Shown: in pieces, positions 55,001-64,000 of the stretch
How the letters are laid out: each line of letters starts with the position of its first letter
Numbering within the stretch: the first letter of the stretch is position 1
NCBI GenBank assembly: GCA_048128005.1
Contig: JBEUKZ010000006.1
Coordinates: 62,001-126,000 of the forward strand
Length of the DNA: 64,000 bases
Direction: 5' to 3'
From: Veleropilina oligotropha
Lineage: Eukaryota
Notes under the pieces: model-generated
Told to the model about the DNA's origin: nothing
The model's input: only the letters and a program-made list of their open reading frames with translations
The model's database searches: none
Made by a program: the position numbers and the translations under genes

Positions 55001-55330
55001 TCTCGAAAGCCGTGTAAGACTTATATCGTTTTTGAAAAGAGGGCATATTTTTTTACACAATTGAAGATTACGACCAAAGCATAAAATCCCGAAACTTGAA
55101 AATAGAACGAGGCAATGCTTCAATGATGTGCCCAAGCACACATGAATTTTGAAAGCTGTAGCTATAGCCGTTTTCGCGCTAAAGTGCCCACAAAAAAACG
55201 TCAGAATAAGAATAATAACCGGTACAATTTCAATAGGGCTTCAAGCTTGAAAGAGCTTGAAGCCCTAATAATCCTTACAATTTCAATTGGTCTTCAAGAC
55301 TTTCATACGTCTTGAAGCTCTAATAATAAT
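52039..55330 (+). mobile_element. Two nested Helentron-like elements (inner element 53258-55272)
   Basis: Two attaaagctgc...gggcttcaa heads and two consecutive ttcaat..cttcaag...cttgaag..ctaat terminal hairpins. Confidence 0.65.
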
Positions 55331-55532
55331 AGAAATATGACCACTGTTGCCAATACCAGCTAATGGCACAGTGTTGAAATATCTATATTTACCTAACGAC
55401 ATATAATGCAACAAGCATAGCCACTGTGAGTGAGTGACATATGTGGCTGGGCGATGTGTGACATGATCAAGGACAGTTAAAACAAGCCTGCACTACAGAG
55501 CGAGCCTGAGGTCAGCACAATTGACCTTTACT

Positions 55533-57091
55533 TGTTATCCCATCGGTTTTGAAAAAACGATGGGAATATGTTGTCACATAGTCCATCCGTCCGTCTGTCT
55601 GTCTGGATGACGTGAACACGATATCAGGAAAACCATATCAGCTAGGGAATTCAAAATTGTATATGCAAGTTTATTGGGACATAAACTAGTTTGCTATGGA
55701 ATATATGATTATTCTGCCAATTATTTGCACAGTTATCCCCCTTTTTCGACATAAAATTTCTGTTTCTGACGACGTGAACAGGATATCAGGAAAACCGTAT
55801 CAGATAGGGAATTAAAATTTGGTATACAGGTTTATTGGAACATAAAATAAGTTTCTATTGAATTTCAGATTATTCCGCCAAATATTTGCACAGTTATCCC
55901 CCTTTTTCAACATAAAATTTCCGTTTCGGACGACGTGAACAGGGTATCAGGAAAACCGTATCAGCTCGGGAATTCAAATTTGGCATACAGGTTTATTGGA
56001 ATATAAACTAGGTTACTATTGAATTTCAGATTGTTCCGCCAAATATTTCCACAGTTATCCCCCTTTTCGATGAAATTTTCGTTTTGGCCGACGTGAACAG
56101 GATATCAGAAAAACCATAATAGCTAGGGAATTCAAACTTGGTATGTCGGGTTATTGGGACATAAACTAGGTCGCTATTGAATTTCAGATTATTTCGCCAA
56201 ATATGCACAGTTATCCCCCTTTTTCGACATAAAATTTCCATTTCAGGCGACGTGAACAGGATATCAGGAAAACCGTAACAGCTAGGGCATTCAAATTTGG
56301 TATGCAGGTTTATTGGGACATAAACTATGTTGCTATTGAATTTCAGATTATTCCGCCAAATATTGGCCCAGTTATACCCCTTTTTCGATAAACTTTCCTT
56401 TTCGGACGACGTGAACATCATATAAGGAAAACCGTAACAGCTAGGGATTCAAATATGGTATGCAAGTTTATTGGGACATAAACTAGGTTGCTATTGAATT
56501 TAAAATTATTCCGCTGAATATTTGCACAGTTATCCCTCTTTTTCGACAAACTTTCCTTTTCGGACGACGTGAATATGATATAAGGAAAACCGCAACAGCT
56601 AGGGAATTCAAATTTGGTATGCAGGTTTATTGGGACATAAACTAGCTTGCTATTGAATTTTTGATTATTCCGCCGAATATTTGCACAATTATCCCCCTTT
56701 TTCGACAAACTTTCCTTTTCGGACGACGTGAACATGATATAAGGAAAACTGTAACAGCTAGGGAATTCAAATTTGGTATGCATGTTTATTCGGACATAAA
56801 CTAGGTTGCTATTGAATTTCATAATATTCTGCCAAGTATTTGCACAGTTATCCCCCTTTTTCCACAAACTTTCCCTTTTCTGACATAAATATTTAGTTTA
56901 CGTCAATTATGTTCATAACCTCGAATCAGATATTATTCGCATCTTGTGACTGTGTTGCAAATAAAACACAGGGTGTCATGTTAAATTTTTCAAAAAGTTT
57001 GCCAAGTATGTACACAATTATTCCCCTTTATCATGTACAGTCCATCAATTACGACAAACCTGATGGGATGTGTGACTCCCACACTTCTTGT
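55533..57091 (-). mobile_element. 23697-family HINE-like element with ~7 tandem ~180-bp cores
   Basis: Reverse-complement termini match 23697-24143; core array expanded. Confidence 0.75.
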
Positions 57092-58642
57092 CAATTCTGA
57101 CAGCGATGTCAACACATTGTATTTTGATACAGATTAGCGACAGAGGAATAGATTTTTAAATCTGAGAAATTACGAAATTGCATAATAAAAGCAGCTTCCG
57201 CTATCCGGTTCGGATCATCTTTGAGGACTGAGCATAGGGTGGGCCCTATCTCGTGTGCAAAAACTGGGTTGATCGGAGCAATGGTTGTCGTGATATGCTC
57301 GCGGACTGACAGACACACAGAGAGACAGACAAACCGACCTGATTGCAATACGTTCTCCCACCACTACGTGGGCGAAGGTAACTATGGTGTTTGATATGCA
57401 TTGATTACTATCTCCTGATCTACATAAATTTTTGACAACATTTGTAGAAATGCCTGTAAATTTTGATATCTGCCTATCAAATTATTTCTGGTTGCTAGGC
57501 AATGACTCCACCCTACTTTTAATGATACTTATCCTTGTCGAACAATGAATAATGCACCTGGACACAGCCTGATATTAGAGGCACTTAGGGTCATTATCCG
57601 CTGTAATCTGACAACACTTATTAATGTAGAAGGCTGGAATTTTACTTATTACCACTGTATGAATATCTGCATCGCTATAGCAACCAGCAAATTGCATATA
57701 AGCCATTAATACTCATTCACATATGATGTGCAATCATTAATGCATGTTACAGGTGTCAATCTCAAATTTTCTTGCACGTCAAATTTATTAGAAAGGCTAA
57801 ATTTATATAGTAAAATATTCAATGGATAAGAAAAAATTACTGAAAAATGACATTATATATTAAATATATATATATAATAACCTTGTCACTCACATAATTA
57901 TATATAGTTTTAATTATCCTAATTAAATTACTTCGAGTATTTCAGAAATTACACCCGGACAGGAATGAGGGAATGGAGAGAGAAAAACTCTGACAAACAA
58001 TATATATCTCCTCAGTATGTCAGCCTATATCATTTGATTATTTTTTCAGTTTTACATTAATTTATTAATACCAAGTACATGTATTAATTATAAGTTATTT
58101 TTTTTAATTTCAAGTTACTTTTTACCCCATTGTTCAGATTGTGAAGGTAAAAATATTAATTATTTAAGTCAGTTGAGGTTTTCTGATCTTAAACTGGAAG
58201 TGCAGTTGACACTGTAAATATCAATTGTTTTAAAATATGCATTGTTGTCAAAACAGTCCCTTCCATCATTGTAAGTCAATAACATTAACTCAATGATTTT
58301 GTTACCTTGAAACATCATAATATTGTACTAATGTACTAATATATTATTTTCACAAATCAAGATGGATTCACAAATACGAAAGTAATAAATGTTTTATTGA
58401 TGCCATTTTTAGCTCAGGTTAATATTTTACGATATTTATATGTTGTAAAATCTTAATGAATAATGATTACTGACTAACGTAAGCATCAACACCAGAGGAT
58501 CATGAAGTATCATGAAGTATCTGCTGGAAAGAAGAATCTTACTACATAAGTATTATTTGCATATTTTAAAATTTATACTCTTGTCGGCATCACAGTAAAT
58601 CCTCAATGCCAATCTGGTGCAATTGATGCTTGATTTTGGAGA

Positions 58643-60533
58643 GCCGCCATCACCGGCCAGTTATGAGCAATGCCACCATCACCAGCCAGTTATGAGCAGC
58701 GCCGCCATCACCAGCCAGTTATGAGCAATGCCGCCATCACCAGCCACTTATGAGCAATGCCACCTCACCTCCATCATCAGCCAGTTGTGAGCAACGCCAC
58801 CATCACCATCACCAGCCAGTTATGAGCAATGCCACCATCACCAGCCAGTTATGAGCAATGCCGCCATCACCAGCCAGTTATGAGCAACGCCGCCATCACC
58901 AGCCAGTTATGAGCAATGCCACCTCACCTCCATCATCAGCCAGTTATGAGCAACGCCACCATCACCAGCCAGTTATGAGCAACGCCGCCATCACTAGCCA
59001 GTTATGAGCAATGCCGCCAACACCAGCCAGTTATGAGCAACGCCGCCATCACCAGCCAGTTATGAGCAATGCCGCCATCACCAGCCAGTTATGAGCAATG
59101 CCACCTCACCTCCATCATCAGCCAGTTATGAGCAACGCCACCATCACCAGCCAGTTATGCGCAACGCCGCCATCACTAGCCAGTTATGAGCAATGCCGCC
59201 AACACCAGCCAGTTATGAGCAATGCCACCATTACCAGCCAGTTATGAGCAATGCCGCCATCACCAGCCAGTTATGAGCAACGCCGCCATCACCAGCCAGT
59301 TATGAGCAATGCCGCCATCACCTCCATCATCAGCCAGTTATGCCTCCATCACGGGCCAGTTATGCCTCCATCACGGGCCAGTTATGCCTCCATCACGGGC
59401 CAGTTATGCCTCCATCACGGGCCAGTTATGCCTCCATCACGGGCCAGTTATGCCTCCATCATGGGCCAGTTATGCCTCCATCACGGGCCAGTTATGCCTC
59501 CATCACGGGCCAGTTATGCCTCCATCACGGGCCAGTTATGCCTCCATCACGGGCCAGTTATGCCTCCATCACGGGCCAGTTATGCCTCCATCACGGGCCA
59601 GTTATGCCTCCATCACGGGCCAGTTATGCCTCCATCACGGGCCAGTTATGCCTCCATCACGGGCCAGTTATGCCTCCATCATGGGCCAGTTATGCCTCCA
59701 TCACGGGCCAGTTATGCCTCCATCACGGGCCAGTTATGCCTCCATCACGGGCCAGTTATGCCTCCATCACAGGCCAGTTATGCCTCCATCACGGGCCAGT
59801 TATGCCTCCATCACGGGCCAGTTATGGGCAACACCTGCATCACCTCCATCACGGGCCAGTTATGAGCAACACCTGCATCACCTCCATCACGGGCCAGTTA
59901 TGCCTCCATCACGGGCCAGTTATGCCTCCATCACGGGCCAGTTATGCCTCCATCACGGGCCAGTTATGCCTCCATCACGGGCCAGTTATGCCTCCATCAC
60001 GGGCCAGTTATGCCTCCATCACGGGCCAGTTATGCCTCCATCATGGGCCAGTTATGCCTCCATCACGGGCCAGTTATGCCTCCATCACAGGCCAGTTATG
60101 CCTCCATCACGGGCCAGTTATGCCTCCATCACGGGCCAGTTATGCCTCCATCATGGGCCAGTTATGCCTCCATCACGGGCCAGTTATGCCTTCATCACGG
60201 GCCAGTTATGCCTCCATCACGGGCCAGTTAAGCCTCCATCACGGGCCAGTTATGCCTCCATCATGGGCCAGTTATGCCTCCATCACGGGCCAGTTATGCC
60301 TCCATCACGGGCCAGTTATGCCTCCATCACGGGCCAGTTATGCCTCCATCACGGGCCAGTTATGGGCAACACCTGCATCACCTCCATCACGGGCCAGTTA
60401 TGAGCAACACCTGCATCACCTCCATCACGGGCCAGTTATGCCTCCATCACGGGCCAGTTATGCCTCCATCACGGGCCAGTTATGCCTCCATCACGGGCCA
60501 GTTATGCCTCCATCACGGGCCAGTTATGGGCAA
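58643..60533. repeat. Two-phase minisatellite: 29-bp units followed by 22-bp units
   Basis: gccgccatcaccagccagttatgagcaat up to ~59340, then gcctccatcacgggccagttat. Confidence 0.95.
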
Positions 60534-60999
60534 CTGTGACTGCTAACTAACCAGAGAGGGGATCACCGATGGTTCAACCCACTCCTGTTATACAGAGCAA
60601 TCACGTGAGTTAATGTTTAGTCCGCATTCTTATCCACTCGGCTACGTACCGTTGCAGCGATAAACACATGTACGTTTGTCCGTACACAAACACAGTATTA
60701 CATACATGCATACATACATTATCATACCATATATTTTTTGCTCACATATATAACCTGATGATTTTATAGTGAAAATGCGATTCCGTCAAGTCATAGCAAA
60801 GTAGCGCATATAGAGTTGTTAAGATATTTGCTTCATATTCACACATTATATAATATAATAATAATAATAATGGACATTTGTATTGTGCCATATCCACCCA
60901 CGAATGCATGCTCATAGCGCTACAATATTCATCTTCAAAGCTTAAAAAGTACATATATTTCATCTTTAGGCTTGGACACTTGTCATGTGGTCCAGATAA

Positions 61000-61308
61000 T
61001 CTTAATATAATGGAGCTATAATTGTATGCGGGTCTGTCTGTCTGTCTGTCTGTCTGTCTGTTTCAAGTTGAACTCCTCCCAGACGCTTTGACCTAGGACC
61101 TTCAAACTTTGGGGGGTTAATCGGGGTCCCCCAAGGAAGGTTTACCACGAAAAAAATTCGGAAAATTCGCGAAAAAAAAAAAAATTTACTATCATTTTTA
61201 ATATAATGGAGAAAAAAAAAAAAAAATTTAATGGAGCACTATCCAAAAAAAAAAAAAAAAAAAATGGGGTGGGGGGACTTACCCGGCGGAGACGGGTACC
61301 ATTGCTAG
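61000..61308 (+). mobile_element. Non-autonomous mini-Helitron
   Basis: A|TC 5' end, tacccg...cgggta hairpin (61280-61298), CTAG|T 3' end, no TSD, internal (GTCT)n. Confidence 0.8.
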
Positions 61309-62131
61309 TGGGCATTAATGGCGGGAGATGAATAATGCACAAATGAAGATGGATTGCCATGGCAACGCATTAATAACTGAACAGATAGCAAGGATAAACA
61401 GGTAGATCAAAGCAAGGTACGGACACGCAGCATCACAGAAAGGTAATCCGAAGAAATAATAATCGGGATTGCAATGAGTTGCGTCTGTGGCTATTACGCT
61501 CCAAGATGCATTCAGCGATACGAAAGTACATGTACACGCGTAACGTTTTTCAAAATATATTTTTACATCCAGATGAAAAGAAATTAATGAACATGTCAGT
61601 ATTCAAGTGTCATTGGAAACTTTGTTTTACGACCACTTTGGCAATTTTTCAACCGTAAAGCAGTCTGCGCAACCGTTTTAAGGTCTCGCTCCGATCTGAC
61701 GAAATACATTAGGGATATGAAATATATCATTAAAGCGGTAGAATAAGCCGCCGGCTGGCCTCAAACTCGGGCAGTGAAAACTCCAGGCTGTCTCAGTGAG
61801 TGTCTGACGCGCTATCCAATCACCCACCGAAGCAGTTATTCAAGTGTCAACAGCTTTGCCTTATGTCAGGCAAGGATATTCCACATTTCTTCTTTCATCT
61901 ATACATGTACCATTAACAGCCCTAATTTGACATGGCTACGATCATAATCCCGGATACTTTGTCATGTGCTACAGTGCATATTTAAATTTTAATGAAAACA
62001 ATGCAACTGGATCCCGTACACGGCTATTTTATATCTATTAAAACCCCTGATTAAAGCTGCTTCTCATGAATACAATAAATGAGACTCGAGAAATGCAATC
62101 AATGGATTGGAGATTATTCTCTTGATTTACA

Positions 62132-62642
62132 AATTCCCCTCCTATATGCAACATGTAGTGCCATGTCATAGGGACAAGATATCTCATCCCTGGCAGTGAA
62201 TGTGTTAATTCCCCTCCCATATGCACATGTAGTGCCATGTCATAGGGACAAGATATCTCATCCCTGGCAGTGAAGGTGTTAATTCCCCTCCCATATGCAC
62301 ATGTAGTGCCATGTCATAGGGACAAGATATCTCGTCCCTGGCAGTGAATGTGTTAATTCCCCTCCTATATGCACATGTAGTGCCATGTCATAGGGGACAA
62401 GATATCTCGTCACTGGCAGTGAATGTGTTAATTCCTCTCCTATATGCACATGTAGTGCCATGTCATAGGGACAAGATATCTCGTCCCTGGCAGTGAATGT
62501 GTTAATTCCCCTCCTATATGCACATGTAGTGCCATGTCATAGGGACAAGATATCTCATCCCTGGCAGTGAATGTGTTAATTCCCCTCCTAAATGCACAGT
62601 GCCATGTTATAGGGACAATATATCCCTGGCAGTGAATGTGTT
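62132..62642. repeat. 74-bp tandem repeat, ~7 copies
   Basis: aattcccctc recurs at 62207, 62281, 62355, 62430, 62504 and 62578. Confidence 0.92.
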
Positions 62643-62664
62643 CAAGCCTACGGCCTTCGACGGA

Positions 62665-62917
62665 ATGATGGATGCTTAATGTCCTGTATATTTACAACCA
62701 TCAGGTTAAAGGCAGGACATGTCCATATTGTCATGAGGAAAGCCTGGTCGCACGGGAAAACCCGCCCTCTCCAACCAATTACAGACAACAGCGATTGATA
62801 ACTGAACATATGTTAAGGCCCAAGTCGAGATTTGAACGCACTCTCGTTATTTAGCGCAGTCGAGCCAGTTTTTTCCGAGTCGACAACTCCATACCACATG
62901 ACAACTGGTGCGGCCTC
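62665..62917 (-). mobile_element. Older SINE subfamily copy
   Basis: atgcttaatgtcctgtatattt...ggcaggacatgtcc tail plus a diverged body. Confidence 0.72.
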
Positions 62918-63113
62918 CGACGGTTGTGGTCTAGCAGGACACATAAATCGAATATGTCTATTGAAAGTCAAAGCCTAATAATTGTAGATCAGTGTCTTGG
63001 GCTAAAACTTATAACTTTGTGTAAATTACATCTACATGTGAAATCTAACTTCGTAATAGCAGATGTGTGGACAATAATTAACACATAAAAAGATATAACT
63101 TATTTTTACTTAC

Positions 63114-64000
63114 CGTTTGCATCTTCATCCGTATTGGAGACGTAAAGCATTTAATATTGTCTTCAACTTCATCCAGAGAAACGGAGGAGTCAGATAGGCG
63201 ATTCCGGTACCCGTCATCTGAGATGCTCGATAATGAGGAGTTCAAGGAATTGGCTGACGACGTCCTTTGGTGGCCTGATGGTGTAGGTAGCAGAGAGGTC
63301 TGTCGACCGGCTGATGATGGAAAGAGAGAATTGTTATTACTCGGCGACATCGGAGAATTGGCGGTGAACACATCGTCGTCAGACTTGGGCGGGTTACTGT
63401 AGTCGCTGACAACCACACAAGGCACAGAAATGGGCGCTGCGCTGCAGACAACATCCTTCAAGGTTTCAGATGCAGATGTGAATGAAACATAAGCATGATG
63501 GTCTCTTGCTTTGTTCCGAGAAGACTCTTCTGGTTTTTTAAGGCTCTCCGACCGTAGCCAGTCGATGGTGTATTGGTTGTTATCACCGCAATACTGCACG
63601 TCGTCTTCCGGACCCCGCATGTCGACAGCCGAGTCCGCGTTGCTATAGGAACTGCCAACGGGACTTACAGAGGTCTGGCGAACGTCGAGATAGGGCTCAG
63701 AGAGGTGACTGACAACGGGCCTCAATGAATTCCTTTCATTAACAAGGGGATCCTTGAGGTACACAGTATGATGGTCGCCAACCGATTGTCTGGTTGAAAG
63801 GTGAGATTCGGGTGAGGTTTTGGTGAGGTAAATTTTTGGATGTTCGCTGTCCAACTGTTTCGCTACCTTGTGAGATTCAGGTGGTGGTTCGTCATGGTAA
63901 ACACTAGCATATCCACTGGCATATTGCCTTGCTACCGTGTGAGATTCAGGTGGTGGTTCGTCATGGTAAACACTAGCATAGCCACTGGCATATTGCCTTG
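63114..64000 (-). CDS. ITPK: Large upstream coding exon of the long IP3K isoform (Ser-rich, >295 aa, runs off the window)
   Basis: Frame is open from the window edge to ACG|gtaagt, phase 0. GC-richer, low-complexity protein sequence typical of long IP3K N-termini. Confidence 0.8.

Noticed and set aside
59251..60546. ORFs up to 399 aa (MPPSRASYASITGQLCLHHGPV)
   Set aside because: Translation of a stop-free 22-bp unit; all three frames give the same peptide.

Overview
AT-rich, repeat-dense animal genomic DNA, probably an invertebrate such as a mollusc (inferred from repeat architecture). One intron-rich gene runs through the window on the minus strand: an inositol 1,4,5-trisphosphate 3-kinase (IP3K/ITPK). 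Seven shared exons (21396-21498, 13302-13442, 12760-12887, 11929-12078, 9297-9398, 8881-8952, 6318-6539) splice in frame into a 305-aa calmodulin-binding plus kinase region with PxxxDxKxG, SSLL and IDFG motifs. At least three upstream coding exons (63114->64000, 43079-43375, 30112-30597) each end in a phase-0 GTAAG donor and probably supply alternative N-termini. The intron at 12888-13301 has a U12 (minor spliceosome) signature. The introns contain a young tRNA-derived SINE family with target-site duplications, a decayed CR1/L2-type LINE, many non-autonomous Helentron/HINE-like elements (some nested), a canonical mini-Helitron, TIR elements, long-hairpin elements and several minisatellites. 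No CRISPR array, rRNA or intact tRNA was found.
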